Below are positions 34,154 through 43,053 of a stretch of DNA of 64,000 bases, in pieces. The translations under genes and the position numbers were made by a program. This DNA is from a virus, in IMG/VR virus record IMGVR_UViG_3300012228_000003, positions 3,050 to 67,049 of that record; one strand, given 5' to 3'. Positions within the stretch are counted from its first letter, which is position 1; each line of letters opens with the position of its first letter. Under the pieces are notes generated by a model. It searched no databases. It saw only the letters and a program-made list of their open reading frames with translations, and was not told the origin of the DNA.

Positions 34154-34635
34154 AGTATGTCTCCCTTGTCCTCTTCGTCATACTCCAGAAAAAGCACCCG
34201 CCGCGACACCCTTATCAACTCCTGCTCCATCAGGTTCCAGACGTCCTCTCCCAGGTTCCTCTTCATCATCGGGCGTATCGAGATGCAGACGGCCCAGTCG
34301 AAGGTGTCGGGGAAGTCCAGCCTGCGCAGGTCGCCGACGACGAACTCTTTGCGAGGGTGAGTCTGCTGTGCCAGCGCCACGAAGTCCGGCGAGAGGTCGA
34401 CGCCGAGATACCGCCCGTCCCAGTCCTTCGGCAGCAGGGTCAGGAGCCTCCCCCACCCACAGCCTGCGTCGAGGATCGAGTCGTGTGGCAAGATTAAATC
34501 ACTCAGCAGCTTGCGGTGCCTGGCCTCGATGCGCTGCCAGCGGTCGAGTGGGCAGCGGAACACAGCCTGGTGCAGTTCCTTGGCCTGCTCCAAGCGCTGC
34601 CGCCAGTAGTCAGGAGAGAGGATCGGCTCGGTCAC
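34150..34635 (-). CDS. Class I SAM-dependent methyltransferase
   Basis: ILDAGCGWG, GVDLS, GDLR; GTGA overlap. Confidence 0.85.
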   Translation of the reverse strand: MTEPILSPDYWRQRLEQAKELHQAVFRCPLDRWQRIEARHRKLLSDLILPHDSILDAGCGWGRLLTLLPKDWDGRYLGVDLSPDFVALAQQTHPRKEFVVGDLRRLDFPDTFDWAVCISIRPMMKRNLGEDVWNLMEQELIRVSRRVLFLEYDEEDKGDIL

Positions 34636-35597
34636 AGCAGCTTCTCCTTGATGGTCTGGACAAGGGTGGCGCAACGGTGACTGTAGGTATGCTTCTTCAT
34701 AGTCCAGCGATGTGCTTCTCCAGCCAACTGCTCTCTCAGCTTCTCTTCTGAGAGCCACCTATCGATCACCGCGGTCAGTTCCAACTTTCGATACATTACG
34801 AGGGAGAGAGGTTCCTTGTACTGCTGATATAGTCCCTCGCTCCAAGGGTGCAGTAGGAACCCGCCGAGTCTCAAGACATTGTAAACTCGATTGCTCCAAT
34901 ACCGTTCCGTCACCGGCGAGTCAGGAGCGACGACGATCTTGGCCCTGTTGATCTCGTTGGCCAGCGCGACCCCGTGGCAGCCCTTGAGGACGTGCTTGAA
35001 CTTCTCGCCGTAGCGCTCCCGCAACTCCTTGACGAAGGACTCCCTACCGTAGCCGAGACCTCCGACGAAGAGGACGTCGACCGGTCGGACGACTTGAGGG
35101 CTGACGAACTCATAGTCCTCTGGTTTGTAGACCAGTTCCCTCATCCACTGCTGACCCTTAGCATTGCTCTTGATCCTAACATCTCGAACATAGTCGAAGG
35201 TCCCATCGCACGGCCTCTCGTCGGCCCCCTGGGTCAGCCAGTGCAGCTTGCCGGTCTTGTCCTGAGCCACCCAGTCACCGTCGGTCAGGAACCCCAAGTC
35301 GCAGATCGCGGTCAGCTCGGTCATCCACTTCCTGCGCTGGCTATGGCGCTGACCGCCCTCCGGCCAATCAATGAGATCAAAACACCAGAACACCTTTGGT
35401 ATCTTGACCTGGCGCAGGGCGAAGAGGTCGTGCCAGTGATGGCAGAGCAGGAAGTCGGCCTGGAGGTTCGAGACCCCCTTGGTGTAAGATTCCATGACCC
35501 TAACGACCTCGTGGCCGAGTTTCTCCAGGGCGAAGTGAATCGCGCCCTCGTCGTCATTGCCACCTGAGTCATGCTTGCCGACGTAGACGATCTTCAT
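34632..35597 (-). CDS. Glycosyltransferase, GT-B (CgeB/YkvP-like)
   Basis: LGHEV, DVLFVG, YWSNRVY..L.LGGFLL, HTYSHR. Confidence 0.8.
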   Translation of the reverse strand: MKIVYVGKHDSGGNDDEGAIHFALEKLGHEVVRVMESYTKGVSNLQADFLLCHHWHDLFALRQVKIPKVFWCFDLIDWPEGGQRHSQRRKWMTELTAICDLGFLTDGDWVAQDKTGKLHWLTQGADERPCDGTFDYVRDVRIKSNAKGQQWMRELVYKPEDYEFVSPQVVRPVDVLFVGGLGYGRESFVKELRERYGEKFKHVLKGCHGVALANEINRAKIVVAPDSPVTERYWSNRVYNVLRLGGFLLHPWSEGLYQQYKEPLSLVMYRKLELTAVIDRWLSEEKLREQLAGEAHRWTMKKHTYSHRCATLVQTIKEKLL

Positions 35598-36646
35598 TGA
35601 CCCAGCACCTCAAGGTATTTCGGTTTCAGCGCGTCCCACGAGTTCTCCTCGGCCCACTGCCTGCCCTGGCGAGAGTACTCGGAGATATCGCGACCGTACC
35701 ACTCGTCGATCTTCGATGCTATGTCCTTCGGGTCGATGATCGCCTCGTCGAACTCTCGGCACCGGGTGGCAACCCTTGCCTTTTGGTATCCCGACGGCTT
35801 GACGAGAGGCTCAGTCGGCAGCCAGGCGTTGATCGGGAACCTGTCGGTTGCCATCACCAGCATGCCAGATGCATGCGCCTCTTGGAGAGGGAGGGACAGG
35901 CCATTGAAGCGCTCTGGAAATATAAATACATCGCCTTCAGAGTATAGGTCTTCGTATGGAACTGTTCCGGACCGCCAGTGGAGATTCCTACCTCGATGTC
36001 CGCTACCTTCTCCTTCTGCCTGAGTCCTAACGATCAACTTGGCTCCTGACTTGACGTATTGCATCGCTGCGTATAATTCAGCGGTTCCATTCCTGCCCCT
36101 CAGACCTCCATGACCAGCATTGTGCACAAAGACCTCGGCAGTTTCTCGCAAGCGCCATCGAGAGGCTACGGCTCTCGGAACGGGGACGGGAAGGAAGACG
36201 CTTCGAGTGCTGACAGGAATTAGAATCCTGTTGCCAAGCTGATCCTTGCCTACCTTGTGCGTCTGCCAATGACCGTCTGGGTAGCATTGGAGGTCTAACA
36301 GTGACGGACAGATGAAGTGGTCGGGGTGCGCTGGTAGTGGATCAGGCATACATTCATACATCGGGCATAAGAACGTCTTGACACCAGCATCTCGACAAGC
36401 TGCGATCAGGCTCCAGTTGAATGGAGTCTCGAAGAACAATATCACATCCATCGCCAGGCAGAAGGCCAGCAGCGCGGGATCGTTGAGGTTGCCGATCCGG
36501 GGGGAGTTCGGATACCACTCATCATGTTCCGGTCGCCGTCCGTGCCTAATGACGGCTACGTCGGTGATGATCCCTTCGTCGTAGAAGTCCTTGGCGAGGA
36601 TGCCGAGGCCCTGATCCGTCGAAAAACATAAAGTCCCGATCTTCAT
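35594..36646 (-). CDS. Glycosyltransferase, GT-B (GT4-like)
   Basis: DVFIFPERFNGLSLPLQEAHASGMLVMATD. Confidence 0.85.
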   Translation of the reverse strand: MKIGTLCFSTDQGLGILAKDFYDEGIITDVAVIRHGRRPEHDEWYPNSPRIGNLNDPALLAFCLAMDVILFFETPFNWSLIAACRDAGVKTFLCPMYECMPDPLPAHPDHFICPSLLDLQCYPDGHWQTHKVGKDQLGNRILIPVSTRSVFLPVPVPRAVASRWRLRETAEVFVHNAGHGGLRGRNGTAELYAAMQYVKSGAKLIVRTQAEGEGSGHRGRNLHWRSGTVPYEDLYSEGDVFIFPERFNGLSLPLQEAHASGMLVMATDRFPINAWLPTEPLVKPSGYQKARVATRCREFDEAIIDPKDIASKIDEWYGRDISEYSRQGRQWAEENSWDALKPKYLEVLGQ

Positions 36647-36819
36647 CTTTTCTTTCTCCTACCTTCCCGATAAGCCTTGCAAAGAGAGAAGACCGTCTTG
36701 AGCTTATGCAGATCAGTTAGGGGTTGAAGAATTTTGCGTCTCTTCCAAGCTGCTCTCAGCTTAGCTCGATGCCCCGGAGTTTTGTTCTTGTCTCCAAGAG
36801 CCGTCTGAATCTCACTCAT
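36643..36819 (-). CDS. Small basic ORF, possible NUMOD3-like remnant
   Basis: Hand translation MSEIQTALG...HRAKLRAAWKRRK...; ATGA overlaps at both ends. Confidence 0.45.
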   Translation of the reverse strand: MSEIQTALGDKNKTPGHRAKLRAAWKRRKILQPLTDLHKLKTVFSLCKAYREGRRKKR

Positions 36820-37037
36820 CTTCTCGCGATGTGAAAGTCAACTATTCCTTGCAGCTTGTTCAGCCTCTCCACCATCGCCGCGTGCGAGGACCGGAGGGCG
36901 GCGAGTTCGGCAGCGAGGTGGCGAAGCATTGCGGCAGCTTCACGCAGGCCGCTATACTTGATTGGCCTGTCGCCAGCACATCCTTCAAGGTATGCCGCCA
37001 CCTTCTCCTTCACCTCGATGAGGTCTTTATTGTTCAC
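36816..37037 (-). CDS. Hypothetical protein
   Basis: Coupled ORF. Confidence 0.55.
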   Translation of the reverse strand: MNNKDLIEVKEKVAAYLEGCAGDRPIKYSGLREAAAMLRHLAAELAALRSSHAAMVERLNKLQGIVDFHIARR

Positions 37038-37360
37038 AGCGGACCCCCCGAAGATCGAACGTACATGACTGCGTCGGCTCCGTTCTCAGCTCCGTAGAAC
37101 CTGCGCAGGACTCCAGCCACCTCGAACCCGCAGGACTCGTAGAACTGCTGGGCGACCTCGTTCGTAGTCCTGGTGATCGCGAAGACCCTCTTGCCCGGCC
37201 CGACGTCTTGGAAGAGAGTAGTCAGCAGTTGCTTGCCGATTCCCCGGCGCCGATGCTCCGAGGTCACTGAGATGTCGAATATCTCCACGGTCCCTCCCCC
37301 GCCCTCTCGATAGACGAGGAAGTCTTGAGACCCCAAGAATATGGTGACGTCGGTCTTCAT
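37034..37360 (-). CDS. GNAT acetyltransferase (RimI-like)
   Basis: ISVTSEHRRRGIGKQL, NEVAQQFYESCGF. Confidence 0.85.
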   Translation of the reverse strand: MKTDVTIFLGSQDFLVYREGGGGTVEIFDISVTSEHRRRGIGKQLLTTLFQDVGPGKRVFAITRTTNEVAQQFYESCGFEVAGVLRRFYGAENGADAVMYVRSSGGPL

Positions 37361-37878
37361 TGGAGTATCCACACTGCCAGCCTCTCGACTCGGTCGGTCC
37401 ACTGACCGAGGGCCTCGACTGCCGCCCTCTTGACCTGGAATCCTCCGCCGGAGTCGTTGACATCATGGACCGCGATGACCTTGGCTCCGCACGCTTGAGC
37501 CTTCTCGATCTGGACGATGGTCCCGTCGTAGGAATGCTCTCCGTCGAGATAGGCAAACTCGACCGGCCTGACCTCCCACTCCTCTATTGGCTGCTTGAAG
37601 AGGACCGCATGGAACAGTTCTCTGCTGCGCATGTTGACGTGCCAAGCCTCCTCGATCTTGTCACCGTCCGTTGCCGTATCCTCTCGGTCGAAGGGGTCAA
37701 CGCAGTAGAGCGGCCTGCCAAAGGAAGCAAGCAGAACTGAGCTGCGGCCCTCGTAGCAGCCGACTTCGAGAATCGGTCCCTGCATTTGAGAGCAATGCCA
37801 GTAGAGCAAGGAGGCCTCGTTCTTGGAGAGCCATCCGTTGCCAGGCAGGGTCTCATAGATTTCGGCGAAGGTCTTCAT
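37357..37878 (-). CDS. Class I methyltransferase (Methyltransf_24-like, possibly sugar O-methylation)
   Basis: LEVGCYEGRSS, VDPF, YLDGEHSY, VHD. Confidence 0.85.
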   Translation of the reverse strand: MKTFAEIYETLPGNGWLSKNEASLLYWHCSQMQGPILEVGCYEGRSSVLLASFGRPLYCVDPFDREDTATDGDKIEEAWHVNMRSRELFHAVLFKQPIEEWEVRPVEFAYLDGEHSYDGTIVQIEKAQACGAKVIAVHDVNDSGGGFQVKRAAVEALGQWTDRVERLAVWILQ

Positions 37879-38771
37879 GTTCTCTCCCTGTCGATGAGGT
37901 TTCTGTCATAGGCTCCAGCGCTCATGTCAGCTCGGAGGTCATTGGTCAAGAGCTGGAAGGCGAACGAGGCAAGGTCCTTTGGCAAGCAGGTTCCGCCGAA
38001 GCCTCGCTTGCCGTCAGGTCCAGGGACTTGAGTGTGCATCGGATTGATCCAGCCCCCCGCGAGAAGAGCCTTGACGCACCGCTCCCAGTCAAGTCCCTTG
38101 AGGTCGGAGAAGGTCCGAGCCTCGTTGAAGAAGGCTATCTTGACGGCGCTGAAGGCGTTCTGGAGCAGCTTGACGAACTCGCTCTCGTCGGAGGACATCT
38201 CGAATATCTGTGCAGCTCGGTCGCCAGAGCCTTCACAAGCGTAGCATTCTGGCAATCCGCCTTGCTTCAGATATCCAAGTCCACCACACTCTTCACAGTC
38301 ACCTTTGAAAGTAAAGGTCTCCTTGTACAGATCGTGCAGCGATTTCGCTCTCGTCAATGGGTTCGGGCCAGGATATCCTATCACCATCCTTGTCGGATTG
38401 CAGGCATCTTCCTTCGCGGTTCTTGCTGTAAGGAACTCCGGGGAGTGGACCAGATTCGGCAGGTCGAAAGTCTCTCGCGCCTTGCGAGTGTAACCGACCG
38501 GGACGGTAGAGCGCAAGACGAAGTTGGCCTTCTCGAATCTTGAGGGAAGTCCATACTCAAAGAAGCTGTCAATCGCGGTAGTGTCGCACTCCATCGAGTC
38601 CTCCTTCTGTGGGGTCGGGAGGCAGATGAAGATGATGCCGCTCTCCAAGACGTCGGAGAGTTGATGGGTCTCTCGGCTGCGCAGGCGGTCCGTAATCCTG
38701 ATTTCGTGATCCTTGAAAGCCTCGGCAGTGGCGCCGCCGACGACTCCGTTGCCGATGATGCCGATGATCAT
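37875..38771 (-). CDS. ugd: UDP-glucose/GDP-mannose 6-dehydrogenase (short form)
   Basis: IGNGVVG, CLPTP, RSTVPVG, SPEFL, GFGGTCLPKD. Confidence 0.9.
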   Translation of the reverse strand: MIIGIIGNGVVGGATAEAFKDHEIRITDRLRSRETHQLSDVLESGIIFICLPTPQKEDSMECDTTAIDSFFEYGLPSRFEKANFVLRSTVPVGYTRKARETFDLPNLVHSPEFLTARTAKEDACNPTRMVIGYPGPNPLTRAKSLHDLYKETFTFKGDCEECGGLGYLKQGGLPECYACEGSGDRAAQIFEMSSDESEFVKLLQNAFSAVKIAFFNEARTFSDLKGLDWERCVKALLAGGWINPMHTQVPGPDGKRGFGGTCLPKDLASFAFQLLTNDLRADMSAGAYDRNLIDRERT

Positions 38772-38998
38772 AAAAGTACCTCTGGAAACTTTTTCATTAA
38801 CTCGTCGATCAATCCTTCGGGAGCTTGATTTTCTGCTCGCCAACCTCTATCGTATTGATAGAACCTTCTATCGCTCGCCAGTACGCTTAGCTTGGAGACC
38901 CTACCCATCCTGATACCAAATATACTAGGACTATCGTAGACCTTAGCCTCGCACTTCCATACGACATCATCCCAAGTCAAGTCAAAATTAGTCCACAT
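38768..38998 (-). CDS. Hypothetical protein
   Basis: SIFGIRMGRVSKL...YDRGW; GGAGG RBS. Confidence 0.6.
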   Translation of the reverse strand: MWTNFDLTWDDVVWKCEAKVYDSPSIFGIRMGRVSKLSVLASDRRFYQYDRGWRAENQAPEGLIDELMKKFPEVLL

Positions 38999-39108
38999 CA
39001 CAAGAACCTCCTTGCCAACTCGATCAGAGTGGCGACGTTGATGACGGCGATCCATCCCCAGACGATGAGGATGACGGCATACCAGACTTTGTCGTCGATG
39101 TGCTTCAT
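38998..39108 (-). CDS. Small single-TM peptide
   Basis: Hand translation MKHIDDKVWYAVILIVWGWIAVINVATLIELARRFL; overlaps at both ends. Confidence 0.5.
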   Translation of the reverse strand: MKHIDDKVWYAVILIVWGWIAVINVATLIELARRFL

Positions 39109-40202
39109 CGAAATCTCTCCATGAACTTCGAGAGCGAGGCGACGTCCGCTGAGCGATCCTTGCTCCACATCAGCTCCAGCAGCCTCGCTCGCCCGGCCTG
39201 CCCAATAGCCTGATTATAACCCGGCTCCTTGAGCGCTTCGAGATGCCCCTCGATCTCGGCGGCGCAGGAGACGACCTCCTCCGGCGAGAGGGCATCGTGG
39301 GTCTCCCGGTCGAAGACCAGGCAGGTCTCTCCTGGGATGAAGAGGTCCTCCATCCTATTGCGCCAGATCAGCCGGCGGGAGCAGATGACCGGACAGCCTG
39401 CTGCGAGGGACTCGTATAGCGCGTAACCTGGGGCGTCGCTGCTCTTGAGGTGGACAGTGGCGACCGCCCTGCTGAGCAGCTTCGGAATCTCTCGGTGCTG
39501 AACCAGGCCGTCGGGTGAGGAGACTCCGTGACACTTGACTCCGAGGGCACGGATGCTGGGGATCAACGCACCATAGCCCCAGCCGTGGAGGTTATGGATC
39601 AGGCAGATCGGCGCCTCGAAGGGAGCATGACGAAGGACTGAGTATTCGTTGAAGCGATGGAAGGGAGGCCAGCAGGCGTAGGCACTAGCCCTCCAAGGAG
39701 CATATATTGGCGGGGGCGTATAGACTCCTGCACAATTGTAATGTCCCTGAGTCGGGTCTGGGTTGCCGCACATCTTGTCTCGATACCACAAGTTCGGCGT
39801 CAGGATCGGGCAGCCGGGGTTGATCTCGTCGCCGCAGTCCTCACCGGAGGGCTTGATGACGTGCTCCGGCTTGCCGCCGTTGATTCGATACCAGCAGACC
39901 TTGCCTGCCAGGTTCGGCCAGCGCTTGGTCACCAAGGGTCCGTTGCGATGGGCCTTGACGTCGAAGTAGATCACGTCGGTGCGAGACATGTCGGCACTGC
40001 TGGCCAGGGGCAGAGGCATCGGAGACTCATATCCCCAGCCCTTGACCAGAGACTCGATGTCGAGGACGGTGTCGCAACCGATGGACCGAAGCTCACGTTT
40101 CAATGCTTCGTTTGGCAGCAGGCAATCGATGCCGACCGACCGGAGCATCACGACAAGAGATTCCAACGGACCGGTATCAGCGACTTGCAAGATTGCTTTC
40201 AT
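39105..40202 (-). CDS. Glycosyltransferase, GT-B
   Basis: DAPGYALYESLAAGCPVI, IGQAGRAR. Confidence 0.8.
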   Translation of the reverse strand: MKAILQVADTGPLESLVVMLRSVGIDCLLPNEALKRELRSIGCDTVLDIESLVKGWGYESPMPLPLASSADMSRTDVIYFDVKAHRNGPLVTKRWPNLAGKVCWYRINGGKPEHVIKPSGEDCGDEINPGCPILTPNLWYRDKMCGNPDPTQGHYNCAGVYTPPPIYAPWRASAYACWPPFHRFNEYSVLRHAPFEAPICLIHNLHGWGYGALIPSIRALGVKCHGVSSPDGLVQHREIPKLLSRAVATVHLKSSDAPGYALYESLAAGCPVICSRRLIWRNRMEDLFIPGETCLVFDRETHDALSPEEVVSCAAEIEGHLEALKEPGYNQAIGQAGRARLLELMWSKDRSADVASLSKFMERFR

Positions 40203-40317
40203 CAGGCTTCCTTTGTTCGAGAGGTTCGCTTGCCTCTCTTGACTCTATCTCTTGAAAGGATCGGCGAAAAATGGCCTCTCGAACTACACCCCACCCATCC
40301 CTACCTTTAGGTAGGTT

Positions 40318-40544
40318 AGAAAAGCAAGGCCCGCTCTCAGGAAGTATCGGTTTGCTCCGAAGAGGTCCGAATGCTTTTTAGAGGTTTCGGTTCATCACCG
40401 CAGACTCAGGCCGCAAAGCCTGAACCCCCTTATAGAGGGCCGGGACGCTGGTGGGGAAGGCGACATCGATTAGCCGCTCGTAGCCCGGAGAAACCTGAGA
40501 GTTGAGAAGCGATTTCGTTCATCAGCTTCCCCCTTGCTCTTTCT
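40318..40544 (-). ncRNA. Candidate structured ncRNA of unknown class
   Basis: Intergenic; terminal pairing AGCAAGG/CCTTGCT, several internal stems and a tRNA-like acceptor/T-arm segment; TAGAAT -10 just upstream. Confidence 0.4.
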
Positions 40545-40560
40545 ATTCTATCAAAAGATT

Positions 40561-41664
40561 CTAAGGGGCCTTCGCAAGCTCTCTCTGCCCCTCCCGGTAA
40601 ATCTCCAAGAGGTCGAAGTCCTCTCCCCGGAAAGAGGTCGCCTGCTTGTGCGGCTTGTTGCCCATTGAGCTGACCTCTCCGGTGTGCTGCACCAGCGAGG
40701 GATTGTGGACGTACTCTCGCCAACCGGCCTTGCGCATCGAGTCGACGATCCCGCCGTCGACTGCCTTGTGCCCCCGGTTCGCGTCCATCGGCCTGCCGAC
40801 CATGTGCTCCGAGGTCAGCAGCGCCAAGACCGCCTCCCGGTTGAAGACCAGCGCCACTGCCCCCCTGCCGAACTGGTTCGAGAGATGCCAGCCGTGTCGC
40901 TGCCTGCCGGTCTGACCCTCAGTCGGGATGATCGACTGGTTCGAGGGCATCGTGTAGAGGTTCAGGTATCCCCTCTCCCTGCCGTCCTTGCCGTCGGGGT
41001 AGGAGGTTTCGAGATATACCCTCAGATTTCGTGATGTGACGAAGTCGTCCTGGAAGATCGCATAGCGCTGAGCTTGAGGGTTCCTGATGAATATCTCAGA
41101 GAGGGTCAAGACCCAGTTCCCGTGCGTGCGAATCTTGGGGGACCTGAAGGTCATCTCAAGACCAAATCTCTCCCACTCTCGACCCCCTGCGCAGCCGTCG
41201 ACGAACAGCCTCGGCGCGTCGAAGCCTCCAACCTTGAGAGATGCCAGCGTCCTCGGCAGCAGGTCATCTCGACGCTCTAGGACCGTCGTCACGCCATATG
41301 CCCATATCAGCGAGGCTGAGTGAGGCGCTGGAGTCGGCGAGGTCTCCGACGTCTGCGCCGCTGCTTTGAGCAACTTCTCATGACCTTCGCTCCTCTCCTG
41401 ACGATGCAGGCAGGGAGAGTAGAGATTCGTCTGCGGGTCGACATTCCCATTGCAGCAGGCGACTCCTGGAGCGGCCTTGACGAGGGTGCAGCAACCAAGG
41501 ACTGCGCACTCGAAGAGCTTTAGCTCGACTCGGCCCCGGCAGGTTGGGCAGGTCACTGTCTCTCTAGTATCCGGTCCCAGGTAGACGCAGGAGCCTGGCA
41601 GAGTGCTCTTCCTGGCATCGAGCCTTGCTTGCAACTGAGCAGTCCTCTTTTCCAGGTGGGTCAT
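40561..41664 (-). CDS. Cys-rich N-terminal domain fused to a GT-A-like glycosyltransferase
   Basis: CPTC/CC-rich N-terminus; YGVTTV..R, FQDD, VDGGI, PSLVQHTG. Confidence 0.65.
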   Translation of the reverse strand: MTHLEKRTAQLQARLDARKSTLPGSCVYLGPDTRETVTCPTCRGRVELKLFECAVLGCCTLVKAAPGVACCNGNVDPQTNLYSPCLHRQERSEGHEKLLKAAAQTSETSPTPAPHSASLIWAYGVTTVLERRDDLLPRTLASLKVGGFDAPRLFVDGCAGGREWERFGLEMTFRSPKIRTHGNWVLTLSEIFIRNPQAQRYAIFQDDFVTSRNLRVYLETSYPDGKDGRERGYLNLYTMPSNQSIIPTEGQTGRQRHGWHLSNQFGRGAVALVFNREAVLALLTSEHMVGRPMDANRGHKAVDGGIVDSMRKAGWREYVHNPSLVQHTGEVSSMGNKPHKQATSFRGEDFDLLEIYREGQRELAKAP

Positions 41665-43052
41665 TCGGTGATCCTCAAGGTCGGGTTGATGCCCCCGCAG
41701 CAGGAGCCTATCGTCAAGGCGAGGCTGACGTTGCCGCTGTCGAACGGGGAGCAGCTAACGGGATAGCAGACGGCACTGTTGATGACCCCGTCGCATACGG
41801 AGTAGACGTAGAAGAACACCTCGCCGACGGGGGGAGCACACTCCATCGCCCAGTAGAGCTGATGTCCGTTGGCGGTCTCGATCTCGGTGTACCACATCGG
41901 GCCGAGGGCGCCGAGGGCATCGTAGGTCATTACTCGCGGAGTCGCCGCGCCGGAGCACCCACTGACGACGGCGAGGGAAAGGGTCGCCGGGATCGCCTCG
42001 GCACAGCAGGTCGTCGTTATCGGCTCCTCTGGAGGCAGAGAGGTGCCGGTGCCAGTCTCCGCCTGAGTTCCCGTGCCAGTAGTTGGGCTGCTACAATCTC
42101 TACGCAGCACTGCGATTGATGGCCAGTTGGTGCAATACTCATCATCGTTGCTTTCTAGCACCAACGACAATGGGGAATCGCAGTCCCAAGAGGATGCTAT
42201 GTAGGTAGCATGAACGAAGCCGGCACCGGGCTGCCAGATCGATAGTCGCCAGAGAGAATCCTCTGGTATCCAGCGCAGCAGCAGCACGAAGTAGATCGTT
42301 GCGCCGTTGAGAGTGCTCTCGCAGATTGCAAGACCTTCGCTGGCGAGCAAGCAACCGTCGGCGGGTCCGGCGTAGAAGGTGTCCCTGCGCAGCTGAATCG
42401 AAGACCTCAGCAAGTCACAGTGGCGGCAGATGATCGGGTAGGCGGTTGAGCCGGGACCGTCGATAACGCCGGAGAAGGAAACCGTGTAGCAGTCACCGGG
42501 GATGCAGGGACAATCGTTAGCTCCGGTGCCGGTTCCCGTAGTTGAAGTTTCCTGGCACTCCTCGCAGGGAACGGAGTCAATCGAGGCTAATACTCCGCTG
42601 ATGAAGTGCCAGGACTCGTAAGCATCCGAGCAGAGATCGTAGATCGTCTTGCAGCCGGTGAACCCGTCAGTCTCCGGGGAATGAGCCAGGGAGTGGATTG
42701 CCAGCCAGGTCCCGTACTTGTCTCTGACGACGATGATGAACGAGTCGCCAGAGATTTCAGAGAAGGAGACGTTGTGGACCTCGACCGAAGAGAAGGCTAA
42801 CATGACCTGCGGGACGTCCTGACGCAGCAGCTGATAGATGTCGCAGGTCGCTCGACCGGGGCGGATCACTGCCATCGCCGGAATGCCCGAAGCAGGGACT
42901 CTGGCAACGTAGACCTCCGGTGCTTGCGAGTCCTCCCCCAGAGAGAGGCCAGAGTGCAGCGGCGGTGGGGTCCTGTTGATCCTCTCGACCAGGCGCTGGA
43001 AAATTTCCAGGTCCTTTGAAGTCAGGAATCGAGGAGTCTCGGCCACGATCAC
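41661..43052 (-). CDS. Cys-rich distal tail protein
   Basis: Last gene of the tail block; many Cys residues; TGTGT linkers. Confidence 0.55.
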   Translation of the reverse strand: MIVAETPRFLTSKDLEIFQRLVERINRTPPPLHSGLSLGEDSQAPEVYVARVPASGIPAMAVIRPGRATCDIYQLLRQDVPQVMLAFSSVEVHNVSFSEISGDSFIIVVRDKYGTWLAIHSLAHSPETDGFTGCKTIYDLCSDAYESWHFISGVLASIDSVPCEECQETSTTGTGTGANDCPCIPGDCYTVSFSGVIDGPGSTAYPIICRHCDLLRSSIQLRRDTFYAGPADGCLLASEGLAICESTLNGATIYFVLLLRWIPEDSLWRLSIWQPGAGFVHATYIASSWDCDSPLSLVLESNDDEYCTNWPSIAVLRRDCSSPTTGTGTQAETGTGTSLPPEEPITTTCCAEAIPATLSLAVVSGCSGAATPRVMTYDALGALGPMWYTEIETANGHQLYWAMECAPPVGEVFFYVYSVCDGVINSAVCYPVSCSPFDSGNVSLALTIGSCCGGINPTLRITE

Positions 43053-43053
43053 C

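Noticed and set aside
40505-40530. CTGATGA...GAAA hammerhead-like core on the minus strand (similar at about 18015-18040)
   Set aside because: No stem II or stem I can be formed, and the second copy reads CTGATGC
40449-40532. Canonical tRNA gene
   Set aside because: No GG in the D-loop, no TTC T-loop and no clean anticodon stem; kept only as tRNA-like
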